Source: Bacteroidota bacterium (GTDB taxonomy: Bacteria > Bacteroidota > Bacteroidia > UKL13-3). From it: DNA of 64,000 nucleotides. The translations under genes were made by a program, and so were the position numbers. The notes below the pieces were generated by a model. It had not been told where the DNA came from and ran no database searches. It worked only from the letters and a program-made list of their open reading frames with translations. Within the stretch, counting starts at the first letter, position 1. The number at the start of each line of letters is the position of its first letter. Location of the stretch: assembly GCA_947457395.1 (NCBI GenBank), contig CANGVA010000002.1, forward strand, positions 81,234 through 145,233, written 5' to 3'. This document shows positions 18,630 to 27,087 of the stretch, piece by piece.

Positions 18630-21353
18630 TCATGGTTTTATCAGTCGAATATAGGAATTATCTATTTGCAATACATACATGCCTGCAAGTAGTTCAGTGG
18701 TTCCAATTTCATTCAACCCTGCTTGCACTTGTCCGCTTTTGCAAATTCTGCCTGTTATATCGGTCAGCACCCACCTGCTTGCTCCACCTGCCTGCACAAA
18801 TATGCTTGCTACGAAAGGATTGGGGTATACCTGAATCTGGTTTTCCTGTAAGGCAACAGGGACGCTGGTAAACGTAACGACAAATTTATTGGATACGGCT
18901 AAGCAACCATTACTATCAGAAACCACTACATACAAACCATCCTGTGCAGGTATAATCTGTTTGGCCGTATCAGGCAATGGTGTAATGCCCAAATACCAAG
19001 TAATACGGTTATTACCCGTTATGGCCTGCAGGTATGGTCCATTACGCACAACAATAGGCTTCACAGGCGATGGCCTTTCTTTTATAACCAAAGGAGCAGT
19101 CATGCTGTCGCACCCAAACATATCGGTTACCTGCAAGCGTATACTGTCTCTTGCCTTGGCGTAATAGTTATTTCCTGTAGTTTGCAGTTGGCCATTCAAC
19201 AACCATTGATATGTTATTGCCTGTGTAGAAGATGCAAAAAGTGGCATACTATCATAAGCACAAATTTCGGGCACCTGACTATAGGTAATGGCAGCATCCG
19301 GTTTCTCTTTTACACGAACAATGAAATTTGCCGATGCAATGCAGCCTGAATCAGAAACTACCTGCTGCATAATTTGGTAAATACCCGGTCTTGTAAAAGT
19401 TTTAATGAGGGTATCGGTTTGCCGCTGTGTACCATCACTCATCAGCCACGTATTTATTAAATTGCCTTTAGAAATGGTTGAGCGATTGATAAATGTAAAC
19501 AAGTTTTTGCCTGCACACTGCAACATATTAGAGTCTGTGATGGCAATTGCCTGAGGCGCCTCTTTTAAAGTGAGGATGGTTTGATTTGATGCAATACATC
19601 CGGCTTGCGAAACGGTTAGTCCAAAAATACCTTCATCACGTGCAATAATAAATGTATCAATACTTGCAGGTTGATTTCCATAGGTCCACTGATAACTTCT
19701 GTTACTTCGTTTAGATGTTCTTAGTATCATTGAGTCATTGGGACATAATGAACTTGCCTGCTTAAAGATTTGCGCTGCAGGTGCAATACTCCATCTAATT
19801 GCAAAGCCACTATCGCCTGCTGTGGTGGCACCTGCTCCGGTTCTCATACGCATAAAGGCCCTTCCTTCAGGGATTTTAATTATTTTTTGCATCGGTGTTA
19901 AATTGCCACCGCTGTATCGGGCAATAATGGGTCCTGTTTTGGATGTACCACTTCTAATCTCCAGGGTATCCAAATCTCTTATTCTAAACTGATCAATATG
20001 CAGAAACAGGGTATCTGCGCATGTTTCAGGATTAATTACAAATCCTGCATTACACTGGCCAATCTGACCTATCTGATAATTGGATCCCGAACCACCTACA
20101 TCGGTTACCATTCCAACGTTCTCATTGGTAAAAGAATCGGTGCCATTACACATAAAAAATGATGGCAATATATTAATGTATTGCGGTTTGCATATGGTAT
20201 CAAATCCTTTATCGTTCCAGGCAATCAGGCAAATATCATACAACCCCGGATCAAAGGTATTAAGAATGGGGTGCTGCGCATTTACCGATGGTGTAAATAC
20301 ATTGGGAAATTGGCCGCAGGTAACACAGGGCGGGTTAATGCTCCATTCCCAGCCAAATGCACCAAACAAGCTTGAATCATAAAAAAATATCTGATCAAAA
20401 ATACCTGAAGAGCGGGTAGAAGCAAAAAAGTTGGCCTGAGGTTTTCTGCGGGTGGTATCAGCATAAATATATTTAACAGCGCTCGCTGTATCGCCCAGAT
20501 AACCGCGATTAACCAATGTAATTTTATATAAACCTTGCTGGGTAAGTGTAGTAGCAATACTGGTTGATAGCGTATCGGTAAAACAACCAAAAGTATTACA
20601 CAGCGTATTACCTGTTGATGGTTCAACCCTCCAGTAAAATCGCATAGCATTTTCGCTTTGAGAATTTATTGTTGCAGACCTGTTTATATAGACCGTATCC
20701 GGTGCTATAATGCGTGCTACCGGAGGCAAAGGTAAACTCATGGTTAAGCGAATATTGGGCCTGTTGGTTGAACGAGTAACGGCCGTGCGGGCACATACGC
20801 CTGAAGCATCATCTCTAATGTAAATACTGCTACCAAATGAAGTAGTAGAAAAAAAAGTTTGTGCGTTGGTTGTATAATTACTGTTGTTAAAACATACCTC
20901 TACTAGAATATTGGATGTGCCATTCCAGATAAATGGGGCTTGAAAATTGTGCATATTCCAGCCAGCTGCCGTAGGTATAGCCGTTGGACCAAAAACAGTT
21001 GTAGTTCCTGTTTCAAATGCAAAACCAGTTGTTGGAAAACTAGTAAGTGTAGTTTGCTTTAATTTAATCTGAAAATCGACAAGCGCTCCACTAATGGGAG
21101 CAAAAACATTAAAACCAAGTGCTGTTATAATACGCTGACCCGTTGCTCCCAATGCCTGCAATTCACTTGCACGGATTAGAAACTGATGCCTGGCTCCCCA
21201 ATAAAAATTTCCGTATGGTGCAGGGTAACCTGTAGTTGTATTATAAGAAGTTCCTGTACCCAATGTAAATTGAACAGGCTGTGCCCACCCCTTATGTGCT
21301 TGCCAAATAAACAATAACAGAATAAATATGGCTTTAATTTTAATCCGGTGCAT
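18630..21353 (-). CDS. Type IX secretion system cargo protein, Cys-rich, 908 aa, with a C-terminal sorting domain
   Basis: The start was trimmed to MHRIKIKAIFILLLFIWQA (signal peptide). The C-terminal region (YPNPFVASIFVQAG...GMYVLQIDNSYIRLIKP) matches the T9SS CTD pattern, and there are many paired Cys residues. Confidence 0.7.
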   Translation of the reverse strand: MHRIKIKAIFILLLFIWQAHKGWAQPVQFTLGTGTSYNTTTGYPAPYGNFYWGARHQFLIRASELQALGATGQRIITALGFNVFAPISGALVDFQIKLKQTTLTSFPTTGFAFETGTTTVFGPTAIPTAAGWNMHNFQAPFIWNGTSNILVEVCFNNSNYTTNAQTFFSTTSFGSSIYIRDDASGVCARTAVTRSTNRPNIRLTMSLPLPPVARIIAPDTVYINRSATINSQSENAMRFYWRVEPSTGNTLCNTFGCFTDTLSTSIATTLTQQGLYKITLVNRGYLGDTASAVKYIYADTTRRKPQANFFASTRSSGIFDQIFFYDSSLFGAFGWEWSINPPCVTCGQFPNVFTPSVNAQHPILNTFDPGLYDICLIAWNDKGFDTICKPQYINILPSFFMCNGTDSFTNENVGMVTDVGGSGSNYQIGQIGQCNAGFVINPETCADTLFLHIDQFRIRDLDTLEIRSGTSKTGPIIARYSGGNLTPMQKIIKIPEGRAFMRMRTGAGATTAGDSGFAIRWSIAPAAQIFKQASSLCPNDSMILRTSKRSNRSYQWTYGNQPASIDTFIIARDEGIFGLTVSQAGCIASNQTILTLKEAPQAIAITDSNMLQCAGKNLFTFINRSTISKGNLINTWLMSDGTQRQTDTLIKTFTRPGIYQIMQQVVSDSGCIASANFIVRVKEKPDAAITYSQVPEICAYDSMPLFASSTQAITYQWLLNGQLQTTGNNYYAKARDSIRLQVTDMFGCDSMTAPLVIKERPSPVKPIVVRNGPYLQAITGNNRITWYLGITPLPDTAKQIIPAQDGLYVVVSDSNGCLAVSNKFVVTFTSVPVALQENQIQVYPNPFVASIFVQAGGASRWVLTDITGRICKSGQVQAGLNEIGTTELLAGMYVLQIDNSYIRLIKP

Positions 21354-21387
21354 TTGTATTTGGAATTTGGCAGGCTTAATAAACCAA

Positions 21388-22416
21388 CTAAACAAGCTTT
21401 TCGCAAAGCCTATTAATTTCCTGCCGCGCTGATTTGTTCTCATAAATGATACCATATACAGCTTCCATTATTGGCATATCAACCTTAAGTTTACTGTTGT
21501 TCAGTTCAAACATGCTTTTGGTGGCATAATATCCTTCGGCAATCATATTCATTTCCAGCTGCGCAGATTTAACCGAATATCCCTTACCTAACATATTGCC
21601 AAACGTACGATTTCGGGAGTGCTGTGAATAAGCAGTTACAAGCAAATCACCCAGATAAGCGGAATGATTTATTTGACGTGGATGGGCATGCACTGCATAA
21701 AGAAAACGTTCCATTTCGCTGATTGCATTAGAGATGAGCACTGCCTGAAAATTGTCTCCGAAACCCAGGCCATGACAAATACCACTTGCCACTGCATAAA
21801 TATTTTTCAGTACAGCACCATACTCAGTGCCCGTAATATCCTTAGAAATAATGGTGCGTATATAGCGACAAGCAAGCAGGGAAGCAAAGTGTGTGGTAAC
21901 TGATTCGTTTAATCCGGCAATGGTAAGATAGGATAACTTCTCTGAGGCTACTTCTTCGGCATGGCACGGACCCGATATAACCATCAATTGTTCATGCGGC
22001 AAACCATATTCGGTCATTAGAAAATCTGCCACAATCTGTCGGCTATGTGGTAGCAACCCTTTTATTGCAGATACGATGTATTTATTCCTTATTGATTCGG
22101 CATTGATACTATCCAAAGCTTCTTTTAAAAATGCACTGGGCACTGCCAGAACAATGAGCTCAGCAGTATTAAGTATGGTTTGTAAATCGCTTGTAACAGT
22201 AACAACCTCCGGATGTATCTCAACAGAGCTAATGTATTTTGGGTTATGCCTATTTGTTCTGATATAAGCTGCAGTTTCTTCATTCCTAATCCACCATTGC
22301 AATGTTTCAATATAACTGCCGGCAGATTTCTTATGCTCACTCAGCATTTTAACAATTGCTGTACCCCAGCTTCCGCCACCAATAACGGCAATATGTTTAG
22401 GCTTTTCGTTCATCAT
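21388..22416 (-). CDS. gpsA: NAD(P)H-dependent glycerol-3-phosphate dehydrogenase
   Basis: MMNEKPKHIAVIGGGSWGTA Rossmann motif and overall GpsA conservation. Confidence 0.85.
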   Translation of the reverse strand: MMNEKPKHIAVIGGGSWGTAIVKMLSEHKKSAGSYIETLQWWIRNEETAAYIRTNRHNPKYISSVEIHPEVVTVTSDLQTILNTAELIVLAVPSAFLKEALDSINAESIRNKYIVSAIKGLLPHSRQIVADFLMTEYGLPHEQLMVISGPCHAEEVASEKLSYLTIAGLNESVTTHFASLLACRYIRTIISKDITGTEYGAVLKNIYAVASGICHGLGFGDNFQAVLISNAISEMERFLYAVHAHPRQINHSAYLGDLLVTAYSQHSRNRTFGNMLGKGYSVKSAQLEMNMIAEGYYATKSMFELNNSKLKVDMPIMEAVYGIIYENKSARQEINRLCEKLV

Positions 22417-22421
22417 AGGAA

Positions 22422-23798
22422 TTATTCATTAGGCATTGCCGGATTACCTAAACTAAACAGTTCTTCTTTTCTTACTTTGTTCACCATATCTCCATTTTTT
22501 AAAGTTCTGGAAATGGCGCTGTAAGGTCCTGTTACAATTTCTTCATCCGGCTTTAACCCTTCTGTTACTTGGATAAATTTATCATCCTGTATGCCGGTTT
22601 TTACCTGCCTTAAAAAAACCTTGTTATCTTTTAAAACAAAAACAACTTCTGTTTCATCTTTTTTAGCAACAGCCTCACCGTTTTTGCCGGTTGTAGTTTT
22701 ATTGTCTTTGACTGTGCTGTCAAGCTCAGATTTGTTTCGGATGGTAACTGCTTCAATTGGCACTGCAGGAGTGGATGATGCCGTAGCTGTTTGTATATCT
22801 ACAGAAGCAGACATACCAGGCCTAAAAACTGCACGCCTTTTTCCTGCACGCAAAACCAGATCTTCGTACGAAGTGCGCAAAATGCGAATTTTTACTACAA
22901 AGTTTGTAACCTGATCAGAGGTGGTTTGTGCCGTAGTAGAAGCAGAGTTGGCAACCTCTGTTACAATACCTTTAAACTTGCGGTTGTTGTATGCATCAAC
23001 TTCTATCAGAGTTGTATCATGTAAGCTAACCTTAACAATATCATTTTCATTTACATCTACACTTACCTCCATATCATTTAAATTGGCAATGCGCATCATT
23101 TCCGTTCCTGCCATCTGAGAGGTTCCAACCACGCGCTCTCCCTTTTCAATATTCAGTTTGGATACGATGCCGTTTACGGGTGAAAATATTTCTGTGCGAG
23201 TTAAATTTTTTCTAGCCTCCTTCAGGGTTGCCTCCATGCTTTGCACCATATATTGTGAGGCAAGCACATTTTGCTTCGATGCCTCTACTTCTGCCTTATT
23301 GGCATTATAGTTGGAGCGAGATGTTTCAAATTCCTGATCAGATATTAATTTCTGCTCATGCAGTTTAATGTTACGTTGATGTTGTAGTTCAATTTCATTA
23401 AATCTGGCCTCGGCCTGAACCAAGCGTGCTTTTGCATTGGCCAGATTTGCTCTTGAGTTATTGAGCGAAGCTTCTGAACGATCAAGTGCAGACTGATATA
23501 ACTCAGGATCAATAACAGCAAGTAATTGACCCGCCTGCACAGAATCTCCTTCCCTAACAAACAACTGTCGTACCTCGCCTGATACGTCTGAACTAATTTT
23601 AACCTCTACCTCAGGCTGCACTTTTCCATTGGCCGAAACAGTTTCTATAATTGTTTTTAAGGATACCTTATCGGCACTTACTTTGGTACCTTCATCTTTA
23701 CCAAACCATCCTGCACTTTTACCAATCAATATAAGTATTACCAGCAAGACAATTGAGCCCAGCAGGTACCAAATCAGTTTATTACTTTTCTTCGACAT
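22422..23798 (-). CDS. HlyD/MacA-family efflux periplasmic adaptor (membrane fusion protein)
   Basis: N-terminal TM anchor, a long coiled-coil region and a beta-barrel C-terminal domain. Confidence 0.7.
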   Translation of the reverse strand: MSKKSNKLIWYLLGSIVLLVILILIGKSAGWFGKDEGTKVSADKVSLKTIIETVSANGKVQPEVEVKISSDVSGEVRQLFVREGDSVQAGQLLAVIDPELYQSALDRSEASLNNSRANLANAKARLVQAEARFNEIELQHQRNIKLHEQKLISDQEFETSRSNYNANKAEVEASKQNVLASQYMVQSMEATLKEARKNLTRTEIFSPVNGIVSKLNIEKGERVVGTSQMAGTEMMRIANLNDMEVSVDVNENDIVKVSLHDTTLIEVDAYNNRKFKGIVTEVANSASTTAQTTSDQVTNFVVKIRILRTSYEDLVLRAGKRRAVFRPGMSASVDIQTATASSTPAVPIEAVTIRNKSELDSTVKDNKTTTGKNGEAVAKKDETEVVFVLKDNKVFLRQVKTGIQDDKFIQVTEGLKPDEEIVTGPYSAISRTLKNGDMVNKVRKEELFSLGNPAMPNE

Positions 23799-23826
23799 AA
23801 TTACTTGTATTCAAATGTAAGAAATA

Positions 23827-25260
23827 TCAGTTTAATGGTTTACCCAAATAAAAATCAAGCACCTTTCTTCTAAACATCAGCTGATACCTAGCCTGCAGCA
23901 ATGAGGTTTCTGCCGAAAGAAACTGATTTTTAGTTGTGATATAATCATTGGTATTAATGGCTCCCAGGGCAAACTGGCTATTGGCCAGATCAAAAGCCTC
24001 CTTGTTGGCATCGTAACTGAGCTTACCTGCATCAAATTGCTTTTGTGCAGCTTTAAAATCCAAGTATGCCTGGTTGATATTGCGATACACATCCAACTGT
24101 GTTTGTTTTTCAGATAGCTTGGTAATTTCTTGGTTGATGCGTGCTTTTTGTATGGCATTGTTTGTTTGCCATCCGTTTAGAATTGGGATGCTTAAATTAA
24201 AACCAAGACTCTTTCCAAGGTTACGGTCGAACTGTGTATTGAATGGCGTAATTTCCGTTTCGGTATATCTGGGAAACGGTATTGAAAATATTGGGTTACC
24301 CGAAGCATCAAAACCAATGATAGAGGATGACAACACAGGATCTCCCTTACCCCGTAAACTTTGTGTAGTAAAAAAAGAGTTAAGTCCTGCATTCATGTTT
24401 AAACGAAAACTGCGTCCACCCTGCGCAATGTATTGACTAAGCTCCGCGGCACGGGTGCGGTAACGGGCCGCTCTAAGTTCAGGGCTGTTCTGCTTAAATG
24501 CTTCATAAATCTGATCGGCATTTCTAATTTCATCTTCTATTTTCAAATCACCAGATTGCTGCCAAATAATTTTATTGTTGCTGTCAGGACTAATATTCAT
24601 TGCCTGCCATAAACTAAGATAAGACTGCTGCAGCTGGTTTTGTGCTGTTACTAGTTGCAACTCTTCATTGGCAAGCTGCGCTTTAATTTGCAATACACGC
24701 ACTTTATTTGAGCCTCCCAGTTCAAATAATTTTTGCTGCCGCTGCAGTTGCTCTTTGGTTGATGCTAATTGAAATTCCCGCGCTTTCAATACTTCCTCAT
24801 TCATCAGCACGCTCATAAAGGCATTGGCTACCGTTAGTACAATATTATTTTTTGTAGCCTGCACATCTTCTTCTGCTGCCTTTACTGTTGCCTGCTGCTG
24901 CCTGATGGAATTGGTGTTTTGGAAACCGCTGAAAAGCGTCATGGAACCGGATAGAATAAAGTTGTTACTTCGAAAAGTAGCATCGGCCAGTGTTTGGTTT
25001 GTTACCGGGTTAATGGAAAATCCCGTATTGTAATTGTTGGTTACTTGCCCATTAATAGATGGCAGTAAATTAATTTTACTCTGCAGCAAATCAGCTTCAC
25101 TGCTTTTTAAATTATATATTCTTTGCTTAACTGCTATATTGTTTTGTAAAGCCTGATCAATACATTGCTGCAGCGTCCATGTTTGCTGAGCGTATAAAGA
25201 ACTTGCCATTAAAGCAAATAGCAGAAATGTGGTGGCAGAAATATATTTTCGTACTTGCAT
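23827..25260 (-). CDS. TolC-family outer-membrane efflux protein
   Basis: The start was trimmed to MQVRKYISATTFLLFALMASSLYAQ (signal peptide). Two TolC-type repeats with coiled-coil and beta-strand segments. Confidence 0.7.
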   Translation of the reverse strand: MQVRKYISATTFLLFALMASSLYAQQTWTLQQCIDQALQNNIAVKQRIYNLKSSEADLLQSKINLLPSINGQVTNNYNTGFSINPVTNQTLADATFRSNNFILSGSMTLFSGFQNTNSIRQQQATVKAAEEDVQATKNNIVLTVANAFMSVLMNEEVLKAREFQLASTKEQLQRQQKLFELGGSNKVRVLQIKAQLANEELQLVTAQNQLQQSYLSLWQAMNISPDSNNKIIWQQSGDLKIEDEIRNADQIYEAFKQNSPELRAARYRTRAAELSQYIAQGGRSFRLNMNAGLNSFFTTQSLRGKGDPVLSSSIIGFDASGNPIFSIPFPRYTETEITPFNTQFDRNLGKSLGFNLSIPILNGWQTNNAIQKARINQEITKLSEKQTQLDVYRNINQAYLDFKAAQKQFDAGKLSYDANKEAFDLANSQFALGAINTNDYITTKNQFLSAETSLLQARYQLMFRRKVLDFYLGKPLN

Positions 25261-25306
25261 GCTTGCCACAAAAATAACCCTAAAACACAGAATACCTTCT
25301 TTTTTC

Positions 25307-25885
25307 ATGAAGTTAATGCCTTCCCTTACGTGGAAGGTTGTTACAGATGATAAAAAGCTGTTTGTTACTTTTGATGACGGCCCGCACCCAACCATTACTC
25401 CCTGGGTGCTGCAATCCTTAAGACAATTTAACGCAAAGGCCACCTTTTTTTGTGTGGGAGATAATGTGCGCAAATTTCCTGAAACCTATGACCAAATACT
25501 GGCCGAAGGCCATCGCACAGGTAATCACACCTTTAACCACCTAAATGGATGGTGCACAAACAATTCTGAATATTTTGATAATATCAAACAGGCGTCAACA
25601 CTTATTCAATCAGACCTTTTTAGGCCACCATATGGACGCATTACACCGGCTCAATTCAACCACCTTAAAAAAGATTATCGTGTAATTATGTGGGATATAC
25701 TTACCCGTGATTTTGATAAAAACCTGAATACAGAAATGGCATTGCAATATTGTAAAGAACACATAAACCCGGGCTCAGTTATTGTTTTTCATGATAGTGA
25801 AAAGGCCGAAAAAAATTTGAAAATACTCTTGCCTGCTATGCTCAGCCATTTTCATGAAAAAGGATTTACCTTTGATATACTGTGA
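25307..25885 (+). CDS. Polysaccharide deacetylase (CE4/NodB-type)
   Basis: NodB motifs TFDDGP and HTFNH(L) and the overall CE4 pattern. The start was chosen at MKLMPSLTW. Confidence 0.7.
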   Translation: MKLMPSLTWKVVTDDKKLFVTFDDGPHPTITPWVLQSLRQFNAKATFFCVGDNVRKFPETYDQILAEGHRTGNHTFNHLNGWCTNNSEYFDNIKQASTLIQSDLFRPPYGRITPAQFNHLKKDYRVIMWDILTRDFDKNLNTEMALQYCKEHINPGSVIVFHDSEKAEKNLKILLPAMLSHFHEKGFTFDIL

Positions 25886-27003
25886 GTCAGTGGTTGGTTT
25901 ACATATCAGTTATCTTGCTTTGTTTATACATAAGCCTTCAGTTATTGAATATGGCAGCAATGCTATTGCACAAAACAGATGAGGTGCCTTATAAACCAAC
26001 TGATGCTGAATTGCCTTTGATTAGTGTAATGGTAGCTGTAAGAAATGAATCAAAGCATATTATCCGCTGTTTGGATGCACTGAATAAGCTTGATTATCCG
26101 AAAGAAAAAATTCAATTATTGATAGGTGAGGACCAGTCGGAAGACAATACTGCAGAATTGATTGCAACATTTATTGCCGATAAGCCAACTTTTAAAATGG
26201 TGTCAATAACCGACAACCTGGGTAAGGCAAGGGGCAAAGCGAATGTGCTGGCGCATCTGGCTCATGTGGCAACAGGTAATATATATTTGATTACAGATGC
26301 TGATGTTGCCGTTAACGAAAAATGGGCACGAGAACTGGTTGCTTTCTTTAGCAAGAATATTGGCATTATTTCAGGTACCACCATTGTTGAAGATAATGGC
26401 ACCACAATGGGCCGCATGCAGGAAATAGACTGGATGTATTTTATGGGATTGCTAAGGAGTTTTGATTATTACGGCTTAAAATGTACTGCCGTTGGAAATA
26501 ATATGGCAATTACCAAGCATGCATATTGGAGTACGGGTGGTTACGAGCAAATAGACTTTTCTGTTACCGAGGATTTTAAACTATATAAAGAGGTGCGTGC
26601 CCGTGGCTATGAAACATTAAATATATTGAACAGCAACGTAATTAACCGCTCTGCTCCCGTAGAAGATTTTAATTTACTCATGCATCAGCGCAAACGTTGG
26701 CTGGTAGGTGCTAGAGAGTTGCCCGTGTATTGGTGGTTTTTCTTTAGCATTTTCGGTTTGTTTGGTCCTGCTATCATCATCATGTTTTTATACAGCATTA
26801 AACTAGGTCTGATTTTTTTCGGCATTAAATTACTGCTACAATCTTTATCCGTTTATGTGCTTAAAAGTAAAATTGATTTGCGTAAAAATTTTGATTACCT
26901 CCTCACCTATGAAGTATATAGCATTGCTGTTGCTGTTTGCACACAGGTGTTTTATTTCCTGCCAATAAACTTTAAGTGGAAAAACAGAACTTATCATGTA
27001 TAG
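25882..27003 (+). CDS. Processive membrane glycosyltransferase family 2 (NodC/PgaC/cellulose-synthase-like)
   Basis: N-terminal TM helix, DxD (TDADV) and a Q(Q/R)xRW motif (QRKRW), plus C-terminal TM helices. A GTG start overlaps the deacetylase stop by 4 bp. Confidence 0.7.
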   Translation: MSQWLVYISVILLCLYISLQLLNMAAMLLHKTDEVPYKPTDAELPLISVMVAVRNESKHIIRCLDALNKLDYPKEKIQLLIGEDQSEDNTAELIATFIADKPTFKMVSITDNLGKARGKANVLAHLAHVATGNIYLITDADVAVNEKWARELVAFFSKNIGIISGTTIVEDNGTTMGRMQEIDWMYFMGLLRSFDYYGLKCTAVGNNMAITKHAYWSTGGYEQIDFSVTEDFKLYKEVRARGYETLNILNSNVINRSAPVEDFNLLMHQRKRWLVGARELPVYWWFFFSIFGLFGPAIIIMFLYSIKLGLIFFGIKLLLQSLSVYVLKSKIDLRKNFDYLLTYEVYSIAVAVCTQVFYFLPINFKWKNRTYHV

Positions 27004-27051
27004 CCAAGTAAATTATTAATTTACCTGTTGTATAACTTTATAAAACAAAGT

Positions 27052-27085
27052 AGCCGCCCTGAGTAATCTGGGCGGCTTCTTTATG
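27052..27085. terminator. Bidirectional rho-independent terminator between the GT2 gene and pnp
   Basis: AGCCGCCC-N10-GGGCGGCT stem with T-rich flanks on both strands. Confidence 0.5.
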
Positions 27086-27087
27086 TG

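Noticed and set aside
25261-25473. ORF-track 5' extension of the TolC-like gene (MRTLSPTQKK...)
   Set aside because: The signal peptide begins at MQVRKYISATTFLLFALMASSLYAQ. The upstream 71 codons have no TolC similarity and overlap the divergent deacetylase promoter region. The same trimming was applied to the T9SS cargo (21354-21455), wzt (2689-2790), ppiD-like (40252-40323) and gltX genes.
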